From IMG/VR virus record IMGVR_UViG_3300030099_005838: a DNA stretch of 64,000 nt; one strand, written 5' to 3'. This document shows, in pieces, positions 10,018-20,101 of this stretch. Each line of letters opens with the position of its first letter. The first letter of the stretch is position 1. The translations under genes were made by a program, and so were the position numbers. The stretch is from a virus. The notes under the pieces are model-generated. The model did not search any database. It had not been told where the DNA came from and saw nothing but the letters and a program-made list of their open reading frames with translations.

Positions 10018-10734
10018 ATGCAAAAAATAATGTTGAATAGGTTTATCGACAAATACTATTTGGGCGGTAATTGTTCATCAGTTGTTATTAAGAGCACAGG
10101 AAACCAATTGTCTACGAGATTTATTACGGGAGATAAAAATCTTCTTGGTGAGTTGAAGTTGGATGGATGGTCTTTTGATGAAATAGAAATGGGTGTGTAT
10201 AATACAGAACAGTTAGTTAAGTTACTTTCTGTATTGTCAGATAATATAGGGATGGACTTGATGAAGGTTGGTGATAAGGCAGTTTCACTTAAACTATCTG
10301 ATAGTAAATCAACTGTGAACTATATGCTCTCTGATTTGTCTGTTATTAATACACCACCGAACTTAAAAGAGATACCTAACTTTGAGTTGAAAATCAAAGT
10401 TGATTCCTCATTTATGAATAAGTTCATAGCTGGTAAGTCTGCACTTCCTGAGACAGATAACTTTACTATTATCACTACAGATAATGATTGTAAGGTTGTA
10501 ATTGGTTACGCTGAGATTAACACAAATCGTGTCACTCTTCCTGTTGAAACAGATGAAGTGAGTAAGATTGATAATGTTTCTTTCAACGCAAATCTTTTTA
10601 AAGATGTATTGGTTGCTAACAAAGAATGTGAAAGTGCAACCTTAGAAGTATCATCAGAAGGATTGGCCAGAATCAATTTTAAGATAGATGACTATGACGC
10701 AACATACTATCTTGTCGCTGAAACAGATGTGTAA
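10018..10734 (+). CDS. gp45: sliding clamp (gp45-like)
   Basis: 238 aa; lies between PolB and the clamp loader; C-terminal ...YYLVAE similar to T4-like clamps. Confidence 0.7.
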   Translation: MQKIMLNRFIDKYYLGGNCSSVVIKSTGNQLSTRFITGDKNLLGELKLDGWSFDEIEMGVYNTEQLVKLLSVLSDNIGMDLMKVGDKAVSLKLSDSKSTVNYMLSDLSVINTPPNLKEIPNFELKIKVDSSFMNKFIAGKSALPETDNFTIITTDNDCKVVIGYAEINTNRVTLPVETDEVSKIDNVSFNANLFKDVLVANKECESATLEVSSEGLARINFKIDDYDATYYLVAETDV

Positions 10735-11493
10735 ATGGAATCTTATGTAGATAAAACAAAAATATCTTTAAGGCCAGTTCACAAAAAACTGGCCAAAGAT
10801 ATGATTGTAAAAAATCACTACAGTAAAAAATTTTCTGCTTGTAGATATACGCTTGGTGTGTTTAATAAATCTACAGAACATAAGTTTTTTGGTGGTGAAA
10901 CAGAGGATTTTATAGGAGTCGCATGTTATGGGTTTCCGGTTGGTAGAAGAGTTATTGGTTCAATATTTAAAGAAGAAATTATAGAAAATAAAAATATCTT
11001 AGAGTTAAAAAGATTATTTATTCATGATGGATATGGAAAGAACATAGAGTCATATGTAATATCATCTTCATTTAAATGGTTGAAACAATATGCTACAGAC
11101 ATAAAAGTTCTGATATCATATGCTGATCCTGAACAGAGTCATGATGGTGCTATATATCAAGCTACAAATTGGATATATCAAGGTTGTGGTGATTTTCAAT
11201 TAGCACCAACATACTCACTCAGACTTGAAGAAGGTGGTGATTGGATGCATAGTAGAAATGTGTATTCTAAGTTTGGTTCAGCTGCACCTGAGAAGTTAAA
11301 GAAATCAATCGGTCATGATTTTTGGCTAAAGAAAGAAGCAAGTAAACATAGATACATTTATTTTCTTGGTAATAAAAAAGAAAATAGATACTTCAAAAAA
11401 ATGATGAAACATCCTATAATGGATTATCCTAAAAATTACAAACATGATGTTGAAATAACAAAAGTTGAGGTTAATAATACAAAATGGCAATAG
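10735..11493 (+). CDS. Mom-like (GNAT-fold) DNA modification enzyme, paralog 1
   Basis: ELKRLF...NIES...ISYADPEQSHDGAIYQATNWIYQG matches the Mu Mom-family pattern. Confidence 0.7.
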   Translation: MESYVDKTKISLRPVHKKLAKDMIVKNHYSKKFSACRYTLGVFNKSTEHKFFGGETEDFIGVACYGFPVGRRVIGSIFKEEIIENKNILELKRLFIHDGYGKNIESYVISSSFKWLKQYATDIKVLISYADPEQSHDGAIYQATNWIYQGCGDFQLAPTYSLRLEEGGDWMHSRNVYSKFGSAAPEKLKKSIGHDFWLKKEASKHRYIYFLGNKKENRYFKKMMKHPIMDYPKNYKHDVEITKVEVNNTKWQ

Positions 11494-12404
11494 AACATAG
11501 TTTATGGGTTGAGAAATACAGACCACTAGAGTTAGAAAATTATATTGGAAACGAACATCTAAAAAGTAAAGTAAGGATTTACTTGGAAAGTGGTGATATG
11601 CCCCACTTGTTATTGTTTGGTAGAGCTGGTACTGGTAAGACAACTCTTGCAAAGATGTTGGTAAATAGTATAGATTGTGATTATCTATACATAAATGCTT
11701 CAGATGAAAATAATGTAGAGACAGTTAGAACTAAAGTGAAGAACTTTGCCTCTACTATTGGATTCAAAGATATGAAGATTATAATATTAGACGAGTGTGA
11801 TTATATTACACCAAATGCTCAGGCTGCACTTCGTAATCTTATGGAAACATTCTCTAAACATTGTAGATTCATACTTACCTGTAATTTTGTAGAGAGGGTA
11901 ATAGACCCAATTCAAAGTCGTTGTCAATCATTTCAAATAATACCCCCTGATAGAAAAGATGTTGCACTACACCTAAGTCAAATACTGAAGAACGAAAATG
12001 TTACATTCAAAAATTCTGATATCGCTACAATAGTTAATGGTGGGTATCCTGATATCAGAAGAGTTATAAATGCAACACAAAGACAGGTTGTAGACGAAAA
12101 GTTAGTAATAGATAAACAATCTATGTTTGAAAATGATTATAAGATAACATTGATAGAGATTCTAAAAAAGGAAAACAAAAGAGAATCTTTCAAAAAAATA
12201 AGAAAACTTTTGGCGGATAGTAAAGTTACAGATTTCTCTGATGGGTTTAGACTATTATATGATACATTAGATGATTGGGCCGTAGGACATACTGCAGAAG
12301 TTATACTTACTCTTGCTGAAGGGCAAAGGGATGACATAGTTGTGGTGGATAAGGAAATAAACTTTATGGCTACAATGGTTAAAATACTAACAATAATTAA
12401 GTGA
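11484..12404 (+). CDS. gp44: clamp loader large subunit (gp44/RFC AAA+)
   Basis: Motifs WVEKYRP, GRAGTGKTT, INASDE, LDECD and SRC. Confidence 0.92.
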   Translation: MAIEHSLWVEKYRPLELENYIGNEHLKSKVRIYLESGDMPHLLLFGRAGTGKTTLAKMLVNSIDCDYLYINASDENNVETVRTKVKNFASTIGFKDMKIIILDECDYITPNAQAALRNLMETFSKHCRFILTCNFVERVIDPIQSRCQSFQIIPPDRKDVALHLSQILKNENVTFKNSDIATIVNGGYPDIRRVINATQRQVVDEKLVIDKQSMFENDYKITLIEILKKENKRESFKKIRKLLADSKVTDFSDGFRLLYDTLDDWAVGHTAEVILTLAEGQRDDIVVVDKEINFMATMVKILTIIK

Positions 12405-12411
12405 GGTTACT

Positions 12412-12657
12412 ATGAATATGAAACCACGAAAACCAATGCCACAACCAAAAGGACAAGTAGAATTAGATTTATCAGAAGCAGAAACTTTAAAATGTGATGA
12501 ATGTGGTAATTATACTTTTATACAAAGTTTTTTCCTAAAAAGAATTTCACCAATAGTTTCTCCCACAGGAAAAGAAACTATAGTACCAATACAAGCATTC
12601 GCATGTGGTAATTGTGGTAAAGTTCCTGATAATATGAAATCACAATTAGATGGCTAA
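12412..12657 (+). CDS. small Zn-ribbon protein
   Basis: CDEC...CGNC. Confidence 0.6.
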   Translation: MNMKPRKPMPQPKGQVELDLSEAETLKCDECGNYTFIQSFFLKRISPIVSPTGKETIVPIQAFACGNCGKVPDNMKSQLDG

Positions 12658-13087
12658 ATCATTATTCGACCATATCAAACAAATTACTGATGTACAGAAT
12701 CCTAACTATTGGGATGATATATCAGATGAAGATAAAAAGAGTTGGTCTAACTATATGGTAAATAGATTTTTGTCTATGAAAATGGATTGGATAGACATTG
12801 TTAACGAAGTTCAAAAGTATGATTTAGAACCAGAAATAGTTTACAAATTATATACTAACATATTTCCGAAAGGGAAACAATGGTTGAAGTATATTAAAGG
12901 AGATAAGAAAATGAAATATCCAAAGTGGGTTTACGAAATAGTTTCAAAACACTTACAATGTAGTATGAGAGAAGCTAGTGATGCTGTGGAGATGTATGAC
13001 ATATCACATGGTGGGCAATCAGAGTTAATAGATATACTTATGAAGTATGGTAAGACAGAACAGGAGTGTCGAAAGATAGGATTATGA
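12650..13087 (+). CDS. gp62: clamp loader small subunit (gp62-like)
   Basis: SLFDHIKQIT...YMVNRFLSM...KWLKYIK pattern; lies next to gp44. Confidence 0.65.
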   Translation: MAKSLFDHIKQITDVQNPNYWDDISDEDKKSWSNYMVNRFLSMKMDWIDIVNEVQKYDLEPEIVYKLYTNIFPKGKQWLKYIKGDKKMKYPKWVYEIVSKHLQCSMREASDAVEMYDISHGGQSELIDILMKYGKTEQECRKIGL

Positions 13088-13725
13088 GTGTAACTGATTT
13101 TACAGTTGAGTATACGAATAGAAAGGCTGTAAAGGGGTTTATTGAAAAACACCACTATTCACAAAATATTAATGGTATACAATCATATCATCATTTTGGT
13201 TTGTACACAGAGGGTAATTTTGGATTGCCCAAGATGATAGGTGCGATGTTATATGGTATTCCATCCATGCCAGCTACCGCTACCAAATACAATCCTATCA
13301 ATCCTGATAGATGTATGGAACTGAGAAGACTGGTTTGTATTGATGATACACCTAAGAATACAGAGAGTTATTTTGTTGGTAAAACTCTAAGGTGGTTGAA
13401 AGCGAATACTGATGTTGAAGTTGTGGTATCATTTGCAGACCAACACTATGGACATTCAGGTGTAATCTACAAAGCCAGTAACTTTGAATACTTAGGTGAA
13501 ACTTCTAAGGCCAGAATACTAATGGTTGATGGAAAAGAATATCATGCTAGGTCATTAAATCAAAAAGCGAGACCTTATGGTAGAGAATTGAAAAGAAGAT
13601 TCGATGAAGGTGATGAAAATATATTTTACATTTCCAGAAAACCAAAACATATTTATGTATACTATCTCAATAAAAAAATCAAAAGACAAATAAAAAAGCT
13701 TGACTTTATCAAAAATAATTCGTAG
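13084..13725 (+). CDS. Mom-like DNA modification enzyme, paralog 2
   Basis: ELRRLV...NTES...VSFADQHYGHSGVIYKASNFEYLG. Confidence 0.7.
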   Translation: MSVTDFTVEYTNRKAVKGFIEKHHYSQNINGIQSYHHFGLYTEGNFGLPKMIGAMLYGIPSMPATATKYNPINPDRCMELRRLVCIDDTPKNTESYFVGKTLRWLKANTDVEVVVSFADQHYGHSGVIYKASNFEYLGETSKARILMVDGKEYHARSLNQKARPYGRELKRRFDEGDENIFYISRKPKHIYVYYLNKKIKRQIKKLDFIKNNS

Positions 13726-13728
13726 CTT
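13700..13728 (+). promoter_or_regulatory. early promoter TTGACT-N17-TAGCTT
   Basis: Matches the repeated consensus. Confidence 0.7.
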
Positions 13729-13751
13729 TAATAGTTAAATCGAGGATAATA

Positions 13752-14135
13752 ATGAAAAATATAAAAGAATCTAAAAGTGTATCCTATACGGAAAGTGTAC
13801 ATCCTGTTGTAGAGCAGATGGAAAAGGAATGGCCAGAGATGACTGCAGAATTTAAAAGATTACAAAGAGAACAATATGAATTGTTCCTTAAAAAACAACA
13901 TGACTATGGTCCTGGTAATATCTCTGTAGGTACTATGTTGCAAACAACAGATGAAGTTCATTTAGCATTAACTGGTTTATGGTTTCGTATGAACGATAAG
14001 ATACAGAGACTTAAAAATATGTTGATGAGTAAAAGAGAATCTGCTGTTGATGAGCCTATGGAAGATGCTTACTTAGATGTGAGTAATTATGGCATTATGG
14101 CTACCATAGTTAAGAATGGTAAGTGGGGTAAATGA
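13752..14135 (+). CDS. DUF1599 / nucleotide-modification-associated all-alpha NTP-PPase-like protein
   Basis: KKQHDYG...RMNDKIQRL...EDAYLDVSNYGIM. Confidence 0.65.
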   Translation: MKNIKESKSVSYTESVHPVVEQMEKEWPEMTAEFKRLQREQYELFLKKQHDYGPGNISVGTMLQTTDEVHLALTGLWFRMNDKIQRLKNMLMSKRESAVDEPMEDAYLDVSNYGIMATIVKNGKWGK

Positions 14136-14758
14136 AAAACAAAGTTGTAATCTGTATACCTACATATGGAAGCGTGTCATCCTTACTATTCGGACAGTGG
14201 ATAGGATTATCAGCTTGGTGTGCTAAGAAAAATATACCAATCGTCACTATAGAAAACAGAACACATAATGATGCTAGAAATTGGTTGGCAACCGCTGGTG
14301 GTGGTTTTCAAAAGCCAAATCAATTGATTAATCAAGTCGATTCCATAATATGGATTGATTCAGACCAAGTGTTTAGTGTTGAAGATTTGAAAAAATTGAT
14401 AGATTGTGATGAAAAGTTTTGTACTGGCTGGTATTTAAAGGGTGAAACACCAATGGTTGCAAGATGGGATGAGGAGACATTCCTAAAAACAGGTACTATG
14501 GATTTTTTAACAAAAGAAGAATTGAATAAAGCTAATGGTAAATTAATAGAGGTGTCTTACTGTGGATTTGGGTTTACTAAAACTCATGTGGATTTGTTTA
14601 AGAATCTCACCTATCCATTTTTTACCAATAAAATCGTCCAAATAGGAGACTATAGAGAAAATGTTTCAGAAGATGCTAGTTTCTGCTTGGATGTGAGTGT
14701 TAAACCGAAAGTAATAACAGACCTAAAAGTAGGTCATTTAAAAGAGATGGTTATATAA
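14132..14758 (+). CDS. glycosyltransferase-like protein (GT-A fold)
   Basis: ICIPT, WIDSD (DxD), GFGF, SED and VGH motifs. Confidence 0.65.
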   Translation: MKNKVVICIPTYGSVSSLLFGQWIGLSAWCAKKNIPIVTIENRTHNDARNWLATAGGGFQKPNQLINQVDSIIWIDSDQVFSVEDLKKLIDCDEKFCTGWYLKGETPMVARWDEETFLKTGTMDFLTKEELNKANGKLIEVSYCGFGFTKTHVDLFKNLTYPFFTNKIVQIGDYRENVSEDASFCLDVSVKPKVITDLKVGHLKEMVI

Positions 14759-15595
14759 TTGAAAAAAATAAGTTATAGTCAATACTCATTGTGGAAACAA
14801 TGTCCTTATCAATGGAAATTACAGTACGTTGATGGTATTAGAGATTATACCGATAGTATTCACACTTTATTTGGAACTTCGATGCATGAAGTAATACAAG
14901 CATTCGTTACTGTAATGTATAATGATACCATCAAAGTTGCAGAACAGTTACCTCTTGAAGATATGTTGAGGACAAGAATGAAACGTAACTTCGAAGAAAT
15001 TGTTAAAGCCAATGGTGGAGAAATGTTCTGTACTGAGGGGGAAATGGTGGAATTTTACACGCATGGAGTACAGATACTAGATTTTCTTAAAAAGAGAAGG
15101 GCTCAGTATTTTAGTAAAAAAGGTTACGAATTATTAGGAATAGAAGTTCCCTTAAACTTTGAACTTTCTGATAATTTAAAGTTTGTAGGTTATATAGACT
15201 TAGTAATAAAAGATACGGTAAGAGATGTGATTAAAATTTATGATATCAAAACTTCAACTATGGGTTGGAATAAGTATATGAAAGCAGATATTAATAAAAC
15301 CGATCAGTTACTACTTTACAAACAATTCTATTCCAAACAGTTCAATCATCCTATCGAAAAGATTGAGGTTGAATACTTTATAGTAAAGCGGAAACTGTAT
15401 GAAAATTTAGACTTTCCACAAAAAAGAGTACAGAAGTTCGTACCTGCAAATGGGAAACCTAGTATGAACAAAATGATTAATAGATTCAAAGAATTCTTAG
15501 ATGAAACTTACGATGATAAAGGAGAATTTAAGAATGTTGATTACGAAAAGTGTGTTGGGAAGTGTAAAGCTTACAACAAATGTAAAGATTTATAA
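14759..15595 (+). CDS. PD-(D/E)XK nuclease (RecB/Cas4-like)
   Basis: SYSQYS...CPYQW, GYIDL and IYDIKT motifs, C-terminal Cys residues; TTG start. Confidence 0.8.
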   Translation: MKKISYSQYSLWKQCPYQWKLQYVDGIRDYTDSIHTLFGTSMHEVIQAFVTVMYNDTIKVAEQLPLEDMLRTRMKRNFEEIVKANGGEMFCTEGEMVEFYTHGVQILDFLKKRRAQYFSKKGYELLGIEVPLNFELSDNLKFVGYIDLVIKDTVRDVIKIYDIKTSTMGWNKYMKADINKTDQLLLYKQFYSKQFNHPIEKIEVEYFIVKRKLYENLDFPQKRVQKFVPANGKPSMNKMINRFKEFLDETYDDKGEFKNVDYEKCVGKCKAYNKCKDL

Positions 15596-15621
15596 TATTT
15601 ATTGATATAACGGAGATAACA

Positions 15622-16044
15622 ATGAAAGTCAATTTAAGAATGAACTTATCTGATTTTATAGATACAACTACAGAGGCCGAAGTTATGTCCAAATTAGAAA
15701 CAATACATAAGGATGCTATAAAATATTACTTAACATTATGGTATCCTGATGGTAAAATAAAACCTACAAGATTAAAGAAGTTCATACTTGATTACGAAAA
15801 GAGTCTTCATTTGAAAACTAATATAATAGTTGGCAGTGATTTGAAACCAAATCAATTTATTTGGTTTGATTTAACCAGTGAAGGTGGTATTTCTAATAAT
15901 CAATCGAGATTCGAGTACATCTATAAGGACAAAGAAAGTATGTTAGTTGGATTAGATGAGTTTCATAAGTGTGCCAAATTCTGTACATCAGAAAAACCAA
16001 GAAAACAAAAAAGGAATGATTATGAAAGTAGCGATAGTAGGTAG
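15622..16044 (+). CDS. hypothetical protein
   Basis: ORF with SD GGAG, downstream of ATATTTAT (15595-15602). Confidence 0.6.
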   Translation: MKVNLRMNLSDFIDTTTEAEVMSKLETIHKDAIKYYLTLWYPDGKIKPTRLKKFILDYEKSLHLKTNIIVGSDLKPNQFIWFDLTSEGGISNNQSRFEYIYKDKESMLVGLDEFHKCAKFCTSEKPRKQKRNDYESSDSR

Positions 16045-16423
16045 TAGGTCTTATACAAATAAAAGAAAGATACAAGAGTTTGTTTTTAAATTGCGAGAAA
16101 GATGGGGAGATGAATTAGAAATTGTAAGTGGTGGACAGAAAGAAGGAGCTGATGGATACGCTAAGAAGTATGCTTTAGAGTTTGACGTAAAGTATTCAGA
16201 GTTCCCACCTGCACACTACAGCCACAACATACATTGTGTACTGCCTAGATTTAGATATGGAAAAGCTTTTTACAAAAATAATTATCACAAAAGAAATGAA
16301 CAGATAGCAGAATACTGTGATAAAATGGTTGCATTCCTCCCGAAAAACATCATAACAAATGGAACAAAAAGTGCTCTGAATGAGGCTCAAAAATTAGGAA
16401 AAAAATTCGTGATAATTAACTAA
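16022..16423 (+). CDS. SLOG family (YspA/DUF2493-like) protein
   Basis: MKVAIVGSRSY...IVSGG...GAD...RNEQIAEY...GT. Confidence 0.7.
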   Translation: MKVAIVGSRSYTNKRKIQEFVFKLRERWGDELEIVSGGQKEGADGYAKKYALEFDVKYSEFPPAHYSHNIHCVLPRFRYGKAFYKNNYHKRNEQIAEYCDKMVAFLPKNIITNGTKSALNEAQKLGKKFVIIN

Positions 16424-16430
16424 TTCCTAT

Positions 16431-16439
16431 ATATTTATA
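16431..16439 (+). promoter_or_regulatory. putative late-promoter motif ATATTTATA
   Basis: Intergenic, about 24 nt before ATG 16463. Confidence 0.5.
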
Positions 16440-16462
16440 TATGTATATATGGAGTAAAAAAT

Positions 16463-16657
16463 ATGGAGAATGTTAAATTAACCTCTGTAAAGTTATTGAA
16501 AGATTTATATAAAAAATTTAAATTATCAACGCTAGATGATAACTTTACATTACAAAAGTTAGTAAATAGGTCTATGGATTTATACGTTCATAATCAAGAC
16601 TTTCAGAGACAAATAAATGAGTGGCAAAATTTGAAACCAAGCGGGAGTAAATTATGA
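16463..16657 (+). CDS. small protein, possible ribbon-helix-helix regulator
   Basis: TSVKLLKDLYKKFK...LQKLVNRSMDLY pattern. Confidence 0.45.
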   Translation: MENVKLTSVKLLKDLYKKFKLSTLDDNFTLQKLVNRSMDLYVHNQDFQRQINEWQNLKPSGSKL

Positions 16658-16908
16658 GTTTGAATTTTAGGGATGATTTAATCAAAGCTAGTGAGAAGCA
16701 TTTTGAGGCCCACATCGAAAAGCATCGAATAAATGTTGAAATATTACTTGAAAATGCAGCTGGTGTTGCCGAACATCCGGATATAATGGAAACTATAGAA
16801 AAAGAGTTAGCTATTATATCAGATTATGAAGATAAGCTGGAAGTTTTGAGAAAGTATTTTACTAGTGGTTGGGTAGCTGGAAAAAAGAAAGGGGTATTAA
16901 ATGGCTAA
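16654..16908 (+). CDS. conserved phage hypothetical protein
   Basis: Helical 84-aa ORF, translationally coupled to neighbours. Confidence 0.6.
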   Translation: MSLNFRDDLIKASEKHFEAHIEKHRINVEILLENAAGVAEHPDIMETIEKELAIISDYEDKLEVLRKYFTSGWVAGKKKGVLNG

Positions 16909-18292
16909 AAAGAAAATACTACTCTTATCAGATGATTTAAGAATGCATAGTGGTATCGCAACTATGTCTCGTACATTTGTTTTAGGCACTTTACAGCATT
17001 ACGATTGGGTTCAGGTTGGTGGTGCTATTAAACATCCTGAAGAAGGTAAGATTGTCGATATGAATGAATCAGTTAGAAAAGACACCGGTATAAAAGATGC
17101 GAGTTTAAGAGTTTATCCAATATCAGGTTATGGGAATCAAGAATTGTTACGAAATGTAATTGATAGAGAAAATCCAGATGCGATTTTACATTATACAGAT
17201 CCAAGATTTTGGGAGTGGTTATATCAAATGGAGCATGAGATAAGGCAACATATCCCTATATTTTACTATAATATTTGGGATGATTTACCCTATCCAATGT
17301 GGAATGAACCTTTTTATGAGAGTTGTGATTTGATTATGAACATTTCGAAACAGACAGTTAATATTGTGGATAATGTTTGCAAGGATAAACCACGCACCAA
17401 AACAGATAATACTTACATACCACATGGAATAAACTCAGATAATTTTTATCCAGTAGACAAAAATCATAAAGACTGGGGTGATTTTTTAAGTTTCAAGCGA
17501 AATGCTACTCATAATAAAGATTATGATTTTATAGTTTTTTGGAATAACAGAAACATTCGTAGGAAACTGCCAGGTGATGTTATTATGGCGTATAAAACTT
17601 TTTGTGATATGTTACCAAAAGAAAAATCAGAAAAATGTTTACTGATTATGCATACTGCACCAAGGGATGAAAATGGAACAGACTTACCAGCAGTTGTCGA
17701 AGCTGTATGTTCTGATTACGATGTGATATTCTCAACTGCAAAACTCAATGATAAAGACTTATGTTTTCTGTACAACGTTGCAGATGTAACAATTAATATG
17801 GCGTCTAATGAAGGATTTGGATTAGGAACTTGTGAATCATTAATGTGTGGTACACCAATATCAGTTAATGTTACTGGTGGATTACAAGACCAATGTGGAT
17901 TCAAATACAAGGGTAAATTACTAACTTACGAAGATTACAGTTGGGTACATTCATTGCATGACGCTAAGAAGTGGAAAGATAACTCTGATTTGACTTGGGG
18001 TGAATGGGCTAAACCAGTTTGGCCTTCTAATAGAAGTTTACAGGGTTCAATACCGACACCTTACATTTTTGACGATAGACCACGATTTGAAGACTTCGCA
18101 GATGTCATTAAGCAATGGTATGATATGGATTCGGAGGAGAGAAAGAGATGTGGTATGAAAGGGCATGAGTTTGTTATGAGTGATGATGCTATGATGAGTG
18201 CAAAGGCTATGTCTAATCTATTCATAGAACATATGGATAAAGGCATGGAAGAGTGGAAACCAAGAAAACGTTTTACAATGATAGAGGCTTAA
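16901..18292 (+). CDS. glycosyltransferase family 4 (GT-B)
   Basis: YIPHGI, NRNIRRK, YNVADV and EGFGLGTCESL motifs. Confidence 0.85.
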   Translation: MAKKKILLLSDDLRMHSGIATMSRTFVLGTLQHYDWVQVGGAIKHPEEGKIVDMNESVRKDTGIKDASLRVYPISGYGNQELLRNVIDRENPDAILHYTDPRFWEWLYQMEHEIRQHIPIFYYNIWDDLPYPMWNEPFYESCDLIMNISKQTVNIVDNVCKDKPRTKTDNTYIPHGINSDNFYPVDKNHKDWGDFLSFKRNATHNKDYDFIVFWNNRNIRRKLPGDVIMAYKTFCDMLPKEKSEKCLLIMHTAPRDENGTDLPAVVEAVCSDYDVIFSTAKLNDKDLCFLYNVADVTINMASNEGFGLGTCESLMCGTPISVNVTGGLQDQCGFKYKGKLLTYEDYSWVHSLHDAKKWKDNSDLTWGEWAKPVWPSNRSLQGSIPTPYIFDDRPRFEDFADVIKQWYDMDSEERKRCGMKGHEFVMSDDAMMSAKAMSNLFIEHMDKGMEEWKPRKRFTMIEA

Positions 18293-18293
18293 G

Positions 18294-19637
18294 ATGAAAC
18301 CATTAGTACTATTTACAGGTCCGGTTGTCACAAGAAGTGGTTATGGGGCACACGCAAGAGACTTAGTTAAGTCTTTGATAAAGATGGATAAATTCGAAAT
18401 ACATATTAATTCTTTGAGATGGGGAAACACACCCTGGAATGCTCTTAATCTTCAAAATGAAGAAGATAAACTTATCTTAGATAGGATATTGAAAGAACCG
18501 AATCTTCCAAGAGAACCAGATATTCATATTCAAGTCAGTATACCATCTGAGTTTACACCACTTGCAAAATATAATATTGGTGTTACAGCAGGTATGGAAA
18601 ATACTGCACCCGTACCATCTTGGGTTGATGGGATGAATAAGATGGATATGGTGATTTGTACTTCTAACTTTACTAAGAACACATTTAAAAAAGTTGTCTA
18701 TGAACAGATAGATAAAAATACAAATCAGAAAACAGGTGAGTTGAGAGTAGTTAAACCTATGGAAGTTTTGTTTGAGGGTGTCGATACCAACATATATAAA
18801 CAAACAAAGGAGTTCTCAAAAGATTTAGTAGATGAAATGAATATGATTAAAGAAAAGTTTTGTTTTCTTTATGTAGGACATTGGTTGCAGGGTGATTTGG
18901 GACAAGATAGAAAAGATACAGGTATGTTGGTTAAAACATTCCTCGAAAAATTTAAAAATATGAAAAGACCACCAGCTTTGATTATGAAAACTAGTTCGGC
19001 GACATTTTCCGTAATAGATAGAAGAGATATTTTAAAAAGAATAGATATGATAAAGAAATCTGTTAAAGGTAATTTACCACCGGTTTATTTATTACATGGA
19101 GATTTAGAAGACGAAGAGATGAATCAGTTATATAATCACCCAAAAGTTAAAGTAATGGTTACCTTTACAAAAGGTGAAGGATTTGGTCGTCCTCTATTAG
19201 AAGCCTCTATTGCGGCAAAACCCATAATAGCCTCTAATTGGAGTGGGCACTTAGATTTTCTAAATAAAAAACATAGTGTGCTATTACCAGGTAATCTAAC
19301 AAAAGTCCATAAATCTGCTTTACCGAAAGATTACTTAGTTGAAAATGCACAATGGTTTACCGTAAACTATCAATATGCCGCACAGATTATGATGGATATG
19401 TTTAAAAATTATAGAAAGTATACATTCAATGCTAAGAAACAATCAATGGTAAATAAAGGTAAATTTAGTTTAGAAAGTATGTCTAAAGTCTTTGAAAATA
19501 TATTGAATAAATACTTACCAAAATTTGAACAACAACCTCAGCCAGTCGATTTGAAACTACCTGATTTGAAATTAGTTGCAGATAAAGCACCGTTAAGAGC
19601 TGATGATATGAAACTTCCAAAATTAAAGAGGTCGTAA
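18294..19637 (+). CDS. glycosyltransferase family 4 (GT-B)
   Basis: SGYGAHAR and KGEGFGRPLLEA motifs. Confidence 0.85.
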   Translation: MKPLVLFTGPVVTRSGYGAHARDLVKSLIKMDKFEIHINSLRWGNTPWNALNLQNEEDKLILDRILKEPNLPREPDIHIQVSIPSEFTPLAKYNIGVTAGMENTAPVPSWVDGMNKMDMVICTSNFTKNTFKKVVYEQIDKNTNQKTGELRVVKPMEVLFEGVDTNIYKQTKEFSKDLVDEMNMIKEKFCFLYVGHWLQGDLGQDRKDTGMLVKTFLEKFKNMKRPPALIMKTSSATFSVIDRRDILKRIDMIKKSVKGNLPPVYLLHGDLEDEEMNQLYNHPKVKVMVTFTKGEGFGRPLLEASIAAKPIIASNWSGHLDFLNKKHSVLLPGNLTKVHKSALPKDYLVENAQWFTVNYQYAAQIMMDMFKNYRKYTFNAKKQSMVNKGKFSLESMSKVFENILNKYLPKFEQQPQPVDLKLPDLKLVADKAPLRADDMKLPKLKRS

Positions 19638-20101
19638 TGGAACATAAGACTAATTGTCCACTCTGTAAGGACTTACATAATAATTGCTTTGTAGAACAAA
19701 CAGAGGTTAAGGGAGAACCATTTGAATCATATCTTTGTTTTGGTTGTGGAATGACATCTAATTCTTATATGGCTATAGATAGTGAAAAACTTGAAACAAT
19801 GGTAAGTGGTAATACTCAATTAATGAATGACTTAAAAATTATCGATGAAGAAAGAGGATTAGTTTGGTTTCCCTCAGTAATTAATATGGGAGAAAAGGGA
19901 ATAATTTATCCAGATGGAAAACAAAATGATTGGTATTGGCATTATGCTCAAGTTGTCGATATACCTGAAGAAGAGAGAGAACAGTATGATGGGCATAGTA
20001 AGAGGTTAGACGTAGAAAATCCTCAGATATTCGGACAGTTTGAGTTTATGAAAGCATGTACTGCTATGGGTATAGTTAAAGATATGGGTCCTGAAGAATG
20101 A
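19637..20101 (+). CDS. hypothetical protein with Cys pairs
   Basis: CPLC...CFGC. Confidence 0.55.
   Translation: MEHKTNCPLCKDLHNNCFVEQTEVKGEPFESYLCFGCGMTSNSYMAIDSEKLETMVSGNTQLMNDLKIIDEERGLVWFPSVINMGEKGIIYPDGKQNDWYWHYAQVVDIPEEEREQYDGHSKRLDVENPQIFGQFEFMKACTAMGIVKDMGPEE

Noticed and set aside
14759-15595. Cas4 as part of a CRISPR system
   Set aside because: No repeat-spacer array or other cas genes; solo PD-(D/E)XK nucleases are common in phages.
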